Origin: an uncultured Anaerolineaceae bacterium
GTDB taxonomy: Bacteria > Chloroflexota > Dehalococcoidia > Tepidiformales > Tepidiformaceae
Length of the DNA stretch: 64,000 nt
Assembly: GCA_964507025.1 (NCBI GenBank)
Contig: CAZDOK010000003.1
Span: forward strand, 115,123 to 179,122
Direction: 5' to 3'
Positions 52,610-62,328 of this stretch are shown here, in pieces. A program made the position numbers and the translations under genes. The notes under the pieces are model-generated. The model ran no database searches and was not told where the DNA came from. It saw nothing but the letters and a program-made list of their open reading frames with translations. The first letter of the stretch is position 1, and each line of letters starts with the position of its first letter.

Positions 52610-53461
52610 ATGACCGTTGATAGCTACAAGTACCTTCCCCGCTCGATGCGGACCATGTATGAGGCCACTCCGGTCATCGATGAGCCGCCGGCCTGGGCTC
52701 CCCTTCCGAAACCACTGCATCACTGCACTATCGCCCTTATGACCTCCGCAGGGATCTACCTGCGCGATTCGCAGGAACCCTTCGATGTCGAACGCGAACG
52801 GCGCGAACCGACCTGGGGCGACCCGACCTACCGCATCATCCCCCGCGATGTCCGCTCGGAGGACATTGCCTGCTCGCACCTCCACATCAGCCACGATGAT
52901 CTCCTGGAGGATGCCGACGTGGTGCTGCCGATCCGGGCGTTCACGGCGCTTGAGGCGGAGGGCCGGGTGGGGCGCCTGGCCGATGAGCACTACTCGTTCA
53001 TGGGCTACCAGGACCGCCGGCTCATCGACTGGCAAACAGTGCAGGGGCCCGAGCTTGCCGCGCGGTTGAAGGAGCGCGCGGTTGATATCCTGCTCCTGGC
53101 GCCTGCCTGACCGGACTGCTGCCGAAACGTGCCCGTGCTGGCGCGTACCATCGAAAACCTCGGCATCCCCACCGTCACGGTCACCATGATCCCGGACCTG
53201 GCGATGAAGTTCCGGCTCTCCCGGGTGGTGGGCGTGGAGTTCCCGTTCGGGCACAGCTTCGGCACGCCCCACAACGATGCGCTGATGCTGACGGTCGCGC
53301 GAGCCGCATGCCAGGCGCTGGAGGAAGCAGGCGCCCCGGGCTACCGGATCGATGTCGACGTGGAATGGCCGGTGCCACTGGAGATTGCGTACAAGACGTG
53401 GCATCCGCCCGTGCCGAGCCCCATCGTTGCCGAGATGCTGAAGCGCCGCCAGGGCGGCTAG
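52610..53461 (+). CDS. GrdB-family (glycine/sarcosine/betaine/D-proline reductase selenoprotein B-like) protein with an in-frame TGA at 53108-53110, a candidate selenocysteine
   Basis: Track ORFs 52547..53110 and 53129..53461 share one frame and are separated only by the TGA and six sense codons. Read-through gives DILLLAPA-U-PDCCRNVPVLARTIENLGIPTVTV. Family-like segments LPIRAFTALEAEGRVGRLADEHYSFMGY. No SD precedes the second half. ATG 52610 lies after the upstream gene stop. Confidence 0.6.
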
Positions 53462-56400
53462 GAGACCGCGGCGCGCCGGGCCAACACCTCGCCGATGCGC
53501 TGGCGTACGTCGCGCTTCGCGGCGGCAAGGTCGCGTATCGGTTCTTCGTGGCGAGGCTCGGTGAACACGAATCGCACCCCTGCGACCTCCCGCCCCAGCG
53601 CGGCTTCGAGGGCGACCGCGTAGGCCGCGCCCTGGAGCCGGTAGCGTTGCATCGCTTGTTCGATGTCGTCGAGGCTCCGGGCGGAGTCCGTCTTGTAGTC
53701 CACCACGACCAGCCCCTCGGGCCCCTCGTAGAGGAGGTCGATGAACCCTTCGACCGTTGCGCCCTCCACCTGCGTGCCGACGTAGACTTCGCGCCAGTAG
53801 CGGCCGGAAGCCACGGCCTCGCGCACCGCGGCCGATTGACGGGCATTCTCGGCGAGCCGCGCGATGCGGGCGTCTTCTCCGGCGATGCCTTCGGCCACGG
53901 CCTGCGCGCGGGCGGCGTCGTCGAGGCCCGTGCCGGTCTGCAGGTCGATGGTCTGCAGGACAGCGTGCACCGCGCGCCCGACGGATGTGCCGGCGCGGCC
54001 CTTGCGCCAGGGCTGCCGCTCATCGTCTGGCGGTGACTTCTCGGGTTCTTCCTCGCCGCCGTGGGCGATCGCGGTCGCCGCGAGCACCGGCGCGTGCCGC
54101 GTCTGCTGGAGCAATGCGGCACGCTCGGCGATCCAGCGCTCGCGAGCCCCGGGCGAATCGGCGACAGGCTGACTGGCGGGTTCGGGTAGACCAAGAGCGA
54201 GCGGCACGTTGTAGCGTTCCCACGTCCCGTCCTGGCCCTGTTCGACGCAGATGGAGAGGAGGCATTCGGCGTGCGAGCAGGTATCGCCGGAGTGGCGCTC
54301 ATCGTGGGGAGTCTTGTGATGGGCGTGGTAGAGCGACACGACCAGCCGCCGTTTCGCGCGGGTCGCCGCCACGTAGAGGAGCCGGTCGCGTTCCAGCCGC
54401 TGGTGGCGGCGCTCGAGGGCTGCGACCTGGTCGTAGCCGGCGGTCTGGAAGGGCCGTTCCTTCAGGCCGGCCCGGACCTCGACCGCCCCGTGTTCGTGGA
54501 TTCGGCCGGGCCAGATGACGTTGTCATCGCGGTTGAACGGCTCGACGCCGAGCCCCGCGAGGAACACGATGTCAAACTCGAGGCCCTTCGCCGCGTGGAT
54601 GGTCATGATCCGGATAGCGTCGTCGTCGGGTTCCTTCGCCACGCCCTCGTTCACCCGGGCGCGTTCTTCTTCCTGGGTGCGGAGCCACTCAACGAACTGC
54701 CGGAGCGTGGTGAGCGCGCCGGACTCATCGAGGCCGCGGGCCTGCTCTGCGACGAACCGGAGCCGGCGCCACGATTCCCGAGGGCGCGGGCCAGCCACCG
54801 CCAGCTCGAGCATGTGGCGCGCGGCGATGACCTCCTCGATGAGCGCGCCCGTGCTGACGTACCACTTACGCCGGTGGAATTCGCGGAAGGATTCCATGCC
54901 CGTGCGCACGCACTCCGGGCTGTCGTCCGGTACGCGGGAGAGGTAGTTCCATCGTCCGCCCGCCTGGACGTGTGCCAGCAGGTCGCCATCGCGGCATGCG
55001 AAGGCAGGCGACCGCAGGGCCGCCACCACGGAGACGTCGTCGGTCGGGTCATCGATGGCTGCGAGGATGTTCGACAGGTCGCGGACGTCCTGCGTGGCAA
55101 ACACGAGCGACTGGCTCTCCATACGGAACGGGATGCCCGCGTCGCCCAGGGCCCGCTCGATCGCTGGCGAGTTGGTACGCGTCGGCAGGAGGATTGCCAT
55201 GTCGGCGAAGCGGGTGCCATTAGGTCCCCCCAGCCAGTCCTCGTTGCGTGCGGCGACGATGGCCGCGGCGAGCGCCGAAGCCTCCTCCCGGCGGACATCG
55301 TCTGCTCTCGCGCCTGGCTCGAGCGGCCCGCCCATTAACAGGACCGGGTGGTCGGGTGGTGGTGTGGGCCCGGGCTGCAGGGGAACCCACTCGGCCTGCC
55401 GCACCCCGGCACCCGAATCACGGGCAAAGAGGCGTTCGAAGACCGCATTGACCCACGTGAGGATCACCGCCTGCGAGCGGAAGTTCGTCACGAGCGGGAC
55501 CGGCTCGCACCCGAAGGCATCCCGCGTGCGCTCGTAGAGGTCGATATCGGCCCGGCGAAACCGGTAGATCGACTGCTTGGGGTCGCCGACGAAGAAGAGG
55601 CGGCCGGGTTCGACTTCCGCCCGGGTCCAGTGGTCTGGCGGGGCGGCAGGCCCGCCCGCGAGCAGGGCGGCGAGCTCGACCTGCAGGGGGTCGGTGTCCT
55701 GGAACTCGTCGATGAGGATGCGCTGGTACCGCTCATGGAGCGCGTGGCGCACGTGAGCGTTCGTACTGAGCAACCTGACCGCGAGCACAAGAAGGTCCTG
55801 GAACCCGAGGTATCCAGCGGAGCGCCGTTCGGCGGCGTAGTCCAGGGCGAACTGCTTGAGGCCGGGCAGGATTGCCGTGAGGCAGGCGCGCCTGGCCTGC
55901 CCCAGCCAGTCGGCGTGCCTGGCCGCCGCGGTCTTGAGCACGCCGGTCTTGCCCACGCCCCTGATCCTGGGGAACGCAGCGACGAGCCGCAGCAAGTCGA
56001 CCTCGGCGTTCTCCCGTTCGGAAGCATCGCGCGCGTTGCGCACGCGGGCGGCTGCCGCGCCGACGTTCGCGAGGGGCGTGGCGAGCTCCGCAAAATGTGC
56101 GATCGCCTTCTGGGTCGGCTTTGGCCCCTGCTCCGCCTTCGCGTCTTCGAGCGCAGCGATGACCGCCGGCTCGGCCAAATCGGGCTCGGGCGCCGCGACG
56201 AACTCCGTCCCGTCCAGGCGATCCCAGTTCTTGTGGAACTCCTTCGCGACGGGCTCCAGGTCCTTCGGACGGAGTCCAAGGGTGAGGGCGCGGAGCAGGG
56301 GCCGGTGCAAGACCGGGTCGCTGAAGAGCTCGTCCTTGAACTGGGCCCAGCGGTCGCGGAAGGCGATGTCGCCCTCGACTTCGTCCATGATGCGCAGTTC

Positions 56401-56787
56401 CGGTGGCAGACCGGCCTCGAGCGGGTAGAGCGAAAGGATGCGCTGGGCGAAGGAGTGGAGCGTCTGAATGGCGGCACGGTCCAGGTCCGGGAGTGCCTCC
56501 GCGCACCGTGTCCGCTCGCCGGCCGGCAATGACTCGTAGCCCTCGCCACCCGAGGCGGCAAGCTCCAGGTGCTTGCGGACGCGCTCGCTCAGCTCGGCCG
56601 CCGCTTTTTCGGTGAAGGTGATCGCCGCGATGTGTTCGACCGGAACCCCGGAGCGGATCAGTGCGACGATGCGGCCCACCAGCTCGGTCGTCTTGCCCGT
56701 GCCCGCGCCCGCCTCAACGAACAGGGTAGCGTCCAGGTCGCGGGCGATGCGCTCGCGGGCGGCACGGTCCGGGAGATGCTCACTCAT
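53458..56787 (-). CDS. addA: AddA/RecB-type ATP-dependent helicase-nuclease subunit (UvrD-like helicase + PD-(D/E)XK nuclease)
   Basis: Walker A VEAGAGTGKTT and UvrD/Rep motifs (ITFTEKAAAEL, LIDEFQDTDPLQ, VGDPKQSIYRFRRAD). C-terminal RecB nuclease motif GFIDLLYEGPEGLVVVDYKTD. Start overlaps the addB stop by 8 nt. Confidence 0.88.
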   Translation of the reverse strand: MSEHLPDRAARERIARDLDATLFVEAGAGTGKTTELVGRIVALIRSGVPVEHIAAITFTEKAAAELSERVRKHLELAASGGEGYESLPAGERTRCAEALPDLDRAAIQTLHSFAQRILSLYPLEAGLPPELRIMDEVEGDIAFRDRWAQFKDELFSDPVLHRPLLRALTLGLRPKDLEPVAKEFHKNWDRLDGTEFVAAPEPDLAEPAVIAALEDAKAEQGPKPTQKAIAHFAELATPLANVGAAAARVRNARDASERENAEVDLLRLVAAFPRIRGVGKTGVLKTAAARHADWLGQARRACLTAILPGLKQFALDYAAERRSAGYLGFQDLLVLAVRLLSTNAHVRHALHERYQRILIDEFQDTDPLQVELAALLAGGPAAPPDHWTRAEVEPGRLFFVGDPKQSIYRFRRADIDLYERTRDAFGCEPVPLVTNFRSQAVILTWVNAVFERLFARDSGAGVRQAEWVPLQPGPTPPPDHPVLLMGGPLEPGARADDVRREEASALAAAIVAARNEDWLGGPNGTRFADMAILLPTRTNSPAIERALGDAGIPFRMESQSLVFATQDVRDLSNILAAIDDPTDDVSVVAALRSPAFACRDGDLLAHVQAGGRWNYLSRVPDDSPECVRTGMESFREFHRRKWYVSTGALIEEVIAARHMLELAVAGPRPRESWRRLRFVAEQARGLDESGALTTLRQFVEWLRTQEEERARVNEGVAKEPDDDAIRIMTIHAAKGLEFDIVFLAGLGVEPFNRDDNVIWPGRIHEHGAVEVRAGLKERPFQTAGYDQVAALERRHQRLERDRLLYVAATRAKRRLVVSLYHAHHKTPHDERHSGDTCSHAECLLSICVEQGQDGTWERYNVPLALGLPEPASQPVADSPGARERWIAERAALLQQTRHAPVLAATAIAHGGEEEPEKSPPDDERQPWRKGRAGTSVGRAVHAVLQTIDLQTGTGLDDAARAQAVAEGIAGEDARIARLAENARQSAAVREAVASGRYWREVYVGTQVEGATVEGFIDLLYEGPEGLVVVDYKTDSARSLDDIEQAMQRYRLQGAAYAVALEAALGREVAGVRFVFTEPRHEEPIRDLAAAKRDVRQRIGEVLARRAAVS

Positions 56788-59700
56788 CGGCGGGCTCCTC
56801 GCCGGGGAGGAGGCCCTCGCTCAGTCCGGCGAAGCTGGCTACGACCGGGCCGCCCTTGAACTGCTTCCAGATCTCCAGGCGCTGCCCCGGCGGGCAGACG
56901 CGGTCGTAGGGGCAGTACTGGCAGTGCTTGTAGGAGTTGCGGTCTTCTTCGCCGGGCACCGCGGGGAAGAACCCCTCGCGCATGGTATCGGCGAGGACCT
57001 GCACCACCCCACCGAACGCCTCGCGGGTGTCGGCATCAAGTGGCAGGCGTGCCTCCCTGAAGCCCTCGCGCTCGGTGACGAACCAGTACCGCGCGCTGAT
57101 TGGCGAGCCCCGCGCTTCGTCCTCCAGCGCGAGGGCGTAGACCGGCAATTGCAGCCGCCTGCCGCCAGCCAGGCGTGCCAGCGCATCGGGATGGTCGATC
57201 GCCTTCGTGAACTTGCCCGAATTGCCGGACTTATAGTCGGTGACAAGCAGTGCCCCGCCCGGGCCGCGGTCGACCCGGTCGATGTAGCCCCTGAAGCGCA
57301 CCTGCGTGCCATCGGGGAGCGTATACAGCACCGGCGGAAGGGAGGGGGAACCGTCCCGGGTGGTGCCGAAGGCGACTTCCGCCCGCTCGTAAAGAAAGCC
57401 CGTGGCGAGCCGTTCGGCCTCGTCGGCATCGAGGAAGCACTCGAGGTCGCGCAGGATGCGGGCGCGTTCCGACGCCCAGGTAAGGGGCTTGCCCGTGATT
57501 CCGCGCCGTTCGGCCTCCGTGCACTGCTGTTCGGCGATTTCGAGGAGCAGTGCGCGTTCCCGGGTGGTCCAGGGAGCGACGGGGTCTTCCCGCGGGTGGG
57601 TCTGCTCGAAGAACAGCTGCAAGGCGGCATGCATGATGTTGCCTGCGTCGCCGGGGCTGATCGTTTCCGTGTCCTCTGGCCGTTCGACCTCGCCGACGCG
57701 GAGCACGTGCCCGAGGAAGTACCGGAACGGGCATTCGGCGAACGTTTCGAGCGCGGTGGGCGAGACCGGGCTGCTGCTCCCGGCCGGGGCGACCAGACCA
57801 GGCGGCACCCGGCCATTCCAGGCATCGAGCTCGACCGCCCCACTCCCGGCGAAACGGCGCTTCCTGGCGCGGCTACGACGCGCGAGGATTCCATCGGCAA
57901 GGCCGTCGAGCTGTTTAGCGAGGAAGTGCTGCTCCGGCGCTTCGCGCGCACAGAGCAGCGACCCGAGATCGCGCTCCTGGAGCGAGGCGCGCTCTCCATC
58001 CGCCTCGAGCGCCGACTCGAACGAGTGCACGGCTTGGAGCCATGGTGGGCGTTCGCGCGATTCGACCATCTTCGCCAGGTCGGTCGCGTACATTGGGGAG
58101 CCGTTAAGGCGGCTGGCCGAATCGAGCAACCAGTCCCCGGGGATGGCCGGGCGCTGACCGCGCAGGTCGACTCGCGGGCTGGAGATGGTGCTGGCGCCGC
58201 TGCCCGCAAGGGCGGCGACATAGGCGCGCCGCTCCTGGACCAGGCCAATCCGGCGCGAGGGGACCTCTCCGCCGCTCCGTTCCCGTTCGCCCTCGGTGAT
58301 GATCGGGTCTTCGCCGCGGCTCGCACTGCCTTCGACCAGCCCGAGCACGAAGATCGCCTCGAACTCCATTTCCGCGGCGGCGGAAACGGGCCCCACGAAG
58401 ATGCCATCGCCCAGCGAGCCAACCCGGCCTGCCGGGACATCGAGCGATTCTTCGAGGGCATTCGCGAACTCCCGACGAGAGACCGGGACGCGCATGGGCG
58501 GGGGCAACTCGTCTTCCATGCTGACGATCGCGGCGAGCAGGGCCCGTGTCTCCTCCCACGCTGCGGCCTCGGCCTCGGCCGGTTCATCGCCTGGCCGTTC
58601 GACGGCGCGGAGAGGCAGGTACAGTTCCATGAGGTTGATGGCGTGGCCGGCATGGGCGTCTGACGTTGCGCGCTGTTCCGGGCCGATTGCCTGCGCCAGT
58701 CCGGCCACGAAGCGGGCGAGCTCGCGCGCATGGACGGCCTGGCCACGGTTGTATTCGGCGGCTTCCGGGTTGGCGGCGGCGCGTGCCTCCATGGTGGCAG
58801 CCCACGCCTCGAGCCGGGTGCCCCACTGGTCCGCCCCTTTCACGACGCCTGCCCTGCGCGAGATCTCGTCCCAGCGGTGCGAGGGCGCGGTGGCGCCGTC
58901 GTCGACGGCGATGGGAGCGGAGGTGAGCCAGTCCATCACCACCTCCCGCCGGAACCCGCTCGCGGCGACCTGGTAGGCACCGAGCACGGTGCGCCCCGCG
59001 AGCGTCCGATTCAGCCTTCGCACCGGTGGCCCATTGTGGGGGACGCCGGCCGAGGTCAGCACTTCGTGCGCGAGCAGCGCGTAATGCGCGGGCTGCTGAT
59101 AGAGGATCGCCATGCGGTGAAGGGGCGTGCCGGCCCGGGCGAGGGCCATGGCCTGGCGGATGGCGTGCCGCACCTCCTCCTCGGGGTCGGGTAGCGATGC
59201 CACGGTATCCGCTGCGGGCGCGCTCGCCTGTTCGCTCTCACGGGTGGGGCCCAGGCGTTCCAGGCGCCCGGCCGAATCGCGGGCAAGCGCATCAACCTGT
59301 GCATCGCCGGTAAGGCCGATGATCGCGGCGGCGCCGGGCCCGGCGGCGGCCGCTTCCAGCAGGCTTGCCATGGACCCGCTGACACGGCGGGGCAGATAGA
59401 GGATCAGCGCCCCCGCTTCGCGGGCACCCGGGTGGCCCGCCCGGACGGCCTGCGCCGCCGCCTCGAGGAGGTCCGATTCGTCGTAGTAACCCGCCGTCAG
59501 CTGGCCTGTCCGGCGGAAGAGGCGAACGACGTCGGCCGCCCGGGGGCCCATCGCCGCTAGCCGCTCGAGGGTTGCCGGCGTGACGTCGCGGAGGTCGTCG
59601 AACGTGCGCCCGAGCTGCCTCGCGGTGGCCGGGTGGTTGGCGACGCCAGCGAAGATGCCAGCGTTTTCGCGCAGCGCGGCACGGATAGCCTCCATGCGGA

Positions 59701-59956
59701 GCCATGGCACCAGCGGCTTCCTGCCCGCTGCCGAGAGCGTCGCGCCACCCAGGAGCTCGGCGGCGCGGCCAGCCACCTGGAAGCGCACGTTCACGAGCGG
59801 GGTTGTCGCGGCGAGCGAACGCCGCAGCCCGAGGCCCGCGTAGTTCGTGGGTACGATCACCGTCACCGGCGCGAGAGGGTCGCCCCGCTTCGCTGCCGCG
59901 ATCGCCGCGGCAAGTGCCTCGCGTGCCGGGCGCCCATACCCCACCAGGTCAATCAT
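56780..59956 (-). CDS. addB: AddB-type helicase-nuclease subunit with a C-terminal PD-(D/E)XK nuclease and Fe-S cysteine cluster
   Basis: Nuclease motif FRGYIDRVDRGPGGALLVTDYKSG. Cysteines FAECPFRYF and HCQYCPYDRVCPPG (C...CxxCx5C, as in the AddB iron staple). I found no Walker A in the N-terminal region. Confidence 0.85.
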   Translation of the reverse strand: MIDLVGYGRPAREALAAAIAAAKRGDPLAPVTVIVPTNYAGLGLRRSLAATTPLVNVRFQVAGRAAELLGGATLSAAGRKPLVPWLRMEAIRAALRENAGIFAGVANHPATARQLGRTFDDLRDVTPATLERLAAMGPRAADVVRLFRRTGQLTAGYYDESDLLEAAAQAVRAGHPGAREAGALILYLPRRVSGSMASLLEAAAAGPGAAAIIGLTGDAQVDALARDSAGRLERLGPTRESEQASAPAADTVASLPDPEEEVRHAIRQAMALARAGTPLHRMAILYQQPAHYALLAHEVLTSAGVPHNGPPVRRLNRTLAGRTVLGAYQVAASGFRREVVMDWLTSAPIAVDDGATAPSHRWDEISRRAGVVKGADQWGTRLEAWAATMEARAAANPEAAEYNRGQAVHARELARFVAGLAQAIGPEQRATSDAHAGHAINLMELYLPLRAVERPGDEPAEAEAAAWEETRALLAAIVSMEDELPPPMRVPVSRREFANALEESLDVPAGRVGSLGDGIFVGPVSAAAEMEFEAIFVLGLVEGSASRGEDPIITEGERERSGGEVPSRRIGLVQERRAYVAALAGSGASTISSPRVDLRGQRPAIPGDWLLDSASRLNGSPMYATDLAKMVESRERPPWLQAVHSFESALEADGERASLQERDLGSLLCAREAPEQHFLAKQLDGLADGILARRSRARKRRFAGSGAVELDAWNGRVPPGLVAPAGSSSPVSPTALETFAECPFRYFLGHVLRVGEVERPEDTETISPGDAGNIMHAALQLFFEQTHPREDPVAPWTTRERALLLEIAEQQCTEAERRGITGKPLTWASERARILRDLECFLDADEAERLATGFLYERAEVAFGTTRDGSPSLPPVLYTLPDGTQVRFRGYIDRVDRGPGGALLVTDYKSGNSGKFTKAIDHPDALARLAGGRRLQLPVYALALEDEARGSPISARYWFVTEREGFREARLPLDADTREAFGGVVQVLADTMREGFFPAVPGEEDRNSYKHCQYCPYDRVCPPGQRLEIWKQFKGGPVVASFAGLSEGLLPGEEPADE

Positions 59957-60064
59957 CCGCCTTCACCATCCGTGCGGTAGCCGATCCTACGCCGCGTCAG
60001 CACGTACCGCCGCACCAGTTCACCCCATCGCCACGACAATTGGTGTCGACTTTGCGTGCGTGGC

Positions 60065-61069
60065 TTAGCCGGTGAGCATTCGCATGGCGTATTCCATGTT
60101 CGATTGCATGGAGGGCTTGATGACCTCCCAGTGGGGGTCATCGCGCTTGCCACGGCGGTGCAGCATGAGGTTGAACCCGCTGATGATGGCGAACTTGTAG
60201 ACCGCCAGCGCCTTGAACCAGCGGATGTCTCCGGGGTCGGCGCCGCAGGCCTCGCGGTACCAGCCCTCCAGTTCGTCACCGTGGGGCATGCGGCTGGCGG
60301 TCTGCTGGTGCGCCCACGCGGAGGGATCGCTAAAGACGCAGATCCAGCCCACGTCATTCAGCACGGGCCCAATCCCGCAGAGCTCCCAGTCGATGACCGC
60401 TGAGAGCTTGCCCGCCGGAGAATAGAGGAGGTTGGTCCACTGGAAGTCGCCGTGATAGATGGCGATACGTGACTCGTGGGGGATCTTCTCGAGAAGAAGC
60501 TCCTTTACGCGGGGCTGCAACGCGAGCAGCTCCGGTTCGGCCGCCCGCTCGTAGAACCGGTCCCAGCGGGTCACGTCGAACTCGTAACCCCAGTAGTCTC
60601 CGAGGTACGGCGCCTTCGCCGGGTCGACCCGGTGGATGCCCGCGAGGGCGACCATCGCCTGGCGAGCCATGTCGCGAAGCTGTCCCTCGGTGAAGCGCAG
60701 CGGGTACTCGTCCTTCAGCGTGTCGCCTTCCAGACGGGGCTGCACGAAGTAGGGGCACCCGAACCACTGTTCATCCGTGCCAGACCAGAGGATCGGTGCG
60801 TGCGGGACGTCCGTGTCCTTGAGCGCCTTGATCGCGGCGACCTGCCGCATCAGGTCGGCAGTGCCTTCGTACTTGACGCCCGGCGGGGGCAGGCGCAGGA
60901 AGTAGCTCGTCCGCAGCCCGCCAGAGATGGTCTCGAAGAAGTACGAGAATCCGGCGTGCCCCGGCCCCTTCTCGACGGAGGCGACCGACGCGCCCGGGTC
61001 ATCGAGATGTGCGCGCATGAATGGCGTGAGCCGTTCCCGGAGTTCATCCAAGTCCATCGTCGCCCCCAT
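60065..61069 (-). CDS. Phosphotransferase (APH / choline-kinase-like) family protein
   Basis: Catalytic loop IYHGDFQWTNLL (HxDxxxxN) and metal-binding VIDWELCGIG; 334 aa. Directly downstream of an ACAD10/11-like dehydrogenase gene. Confidence 0.85.
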   Translation of the reverse strand: MGATMDLDELRERLTPFMRAHLDDPGASVASVEKGPGHAGFSYFFETISGGLRTSYFLRLPPPGVKYEGTADLMRQVAAIKALKDTDVPHAPILWSGTDEQWFGCPYFVQPRLEGDTLKDEYPLRFTEGQLRDMARQAMVALAGIHRVDPAKAPYLGDYWGYEFDVTRWDRFYERAAEPELLALQPRVKELLLEKIPHESRIAIYHGDFQWTNLLYSPAGKLSAVIDWELCGIGPVLNDVGWICVFSDPSAWAHQQTASRMPHGDELEGWYREACGADPGDIRWFKALAVYKFAIISGFNLMLHRRGKRDDPHWEVIKPSMQSNMEYAMRMLTG

Positions 61070-61086
61070 TTGTTGCCGATAGCAGG

Positions 61087-62328
61087 TTACTGGACCCCGA
61101 AGTCCCAGCCGTTGCCGGCCTTGAAACTCTGGAGGATGCGCCGCGAGACTACCATCCGGTGGGTCTCATCGGGACCGTCGTAGATGCGGGCGGCACGAGC
61201 ATTTCGATACATCGACTCGAGCGGGGTATCGCCCGAGACGCCCCGGGCGCCGTGGACCTGGATCGCCCGGTCGATCACGTCATGGAGGATCCTTGCGCCG
61301 AAGAACTTGATGGCGGAGATCTCGACGCGTGCCTCGTCGCCCTGGTCGATCTTCTTGGCCGCGCTCAGCGTGAGCGCGCGCGAGGCCTGGATCTCGACGT
61401 ACGAATCGGCGATCCAGTTCTGGATCGTCTGCTTTTCGGAGAGGGTCGAGCCGAAGACCTCACGCTGGAGCGAGTACTCGCACATCATCTCGAACGCGCG
61501 TTGCATCTGCCCGAGCCAGCGCATGCAGTGGTGGATGCGCCCGGGCCCGAGCCGCTTCTGTGCGATGCGGAAGCCGCCGCCCGCCTCGCCGAGGGTGTTG
61601 GTGATCGGCACCCGCACGTCGTTGTAGCGGATCTCGGCGTGGGAGCCGTCGGTTTCGCCCATCACGGGAACGGGGCGGATGAGCTCGAACCCGGGCGTGT
61701 CGCACGGCACCACGATCTGGGTCATGCGGCGATGGGGGGGCTGGTCGAGCTCGCTCGCGCACATCACGATGGCGAAGGTCGCGCCTTCGCCCTGGCTGGT
61801 GAACCACTTGTGCCCGTTGATCACCCACTCGTCGCCATCGCGCCGGGCAACCGTCTGGAGGTTGGTGGGGTCGGCGCCGGAGACCTCGGGCTCGGTCATC
61901 GAGTAGCAGGAGTAGATGTCGCCGTTCACGAGCGGCTTCATGTACTTCTCCTGGAGCTCTTTCGTCCCGAATTGCCAGAGGATCTCGGCGTTGCCCGAAT
62001 CGGGCGCCTGCGAGCCAAAGGCCATGGGTGCGAAGGGGCTGCGGCCGAGGATTTCGTTCATGTAGACATACGGCATGAAGCCGATGCCCATGCCTCCCGC
62101 CTCGGAGGGGAGGTGTGGAGCCCACATACCCATCGCCTTCGTTTTCGCCTGGAGCTCTTTCATCCTGCCCATGCCCTCGGGGCTACGGCGCGGATGGTGT
62201 TCGTGGAAGAACGGCTCGTTTGGGTAGACGTGTTCCGCCATGAAGGCCTTCACCTTCTCGCGGAGCTCCTGGATCTCTTCCTCCGTCAGCTTGCGGTCGC
62301 TGGCGTGCGCGTGGCTGGGGGTGGTCAT
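61087..62328 (-). CDS. Acyl-CoA dehydrogenase (ACAD10/ACAD11/FadE-like subgroup)
   Basis: CYSMTEPEVSGADPTNL, WVINGHKWFTS and C-terminal ARIYDGPDETHR, typical of the ACAD10/11-like clade; 413 aa. Confidence 0.9.
   Translation of the reverse strand: MTTPSHAHASDRKLTEEEIQELREKVKAFMAEHVYPNEPFFHEHHPRRSPEGMGRMKELQAKTKAMGMWAPHLPSEAGGMGIGFMPYVYMNEILGRSPFAPMAFGSQAPDSGNAEILWQFGTKELQEKYMKPLVNGDIYSCYSMTEPEVSGADPTNLQTVARRDGDEWVINGHKWFTSQGEGATFAIVMCASELDQPPHRRMTQIVVPCDTPGFELIRPVPVMGETDGSHAEIRYNDVRVPITNTLGEAGGGFRIAQKRLGPGRIHHCMRWLGQMQRAFEMMCEYSLQREVFGSTLSEKQTIQNWIADSYVEIQASRALTLSAAKKIDQGDEARVEISAIKFFGARILHDVIDRAIQVHGARGVSGDTPLESMYRNARAARIYDGPDETHRMVVSRRILQSFKAGNGWDFGVQ

Noticed and set aside
53111-53180. 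Searched for a SECIS-like hairpin immediately after the in-frame TGA.
   Set aside because: Only weak 3-4 bp pairings could be found by eye, so no SECIS feature is reported. The selenoprotein call rests on frame continuity, the UxxC motif and the lack of an SD, not on a SECIS element.
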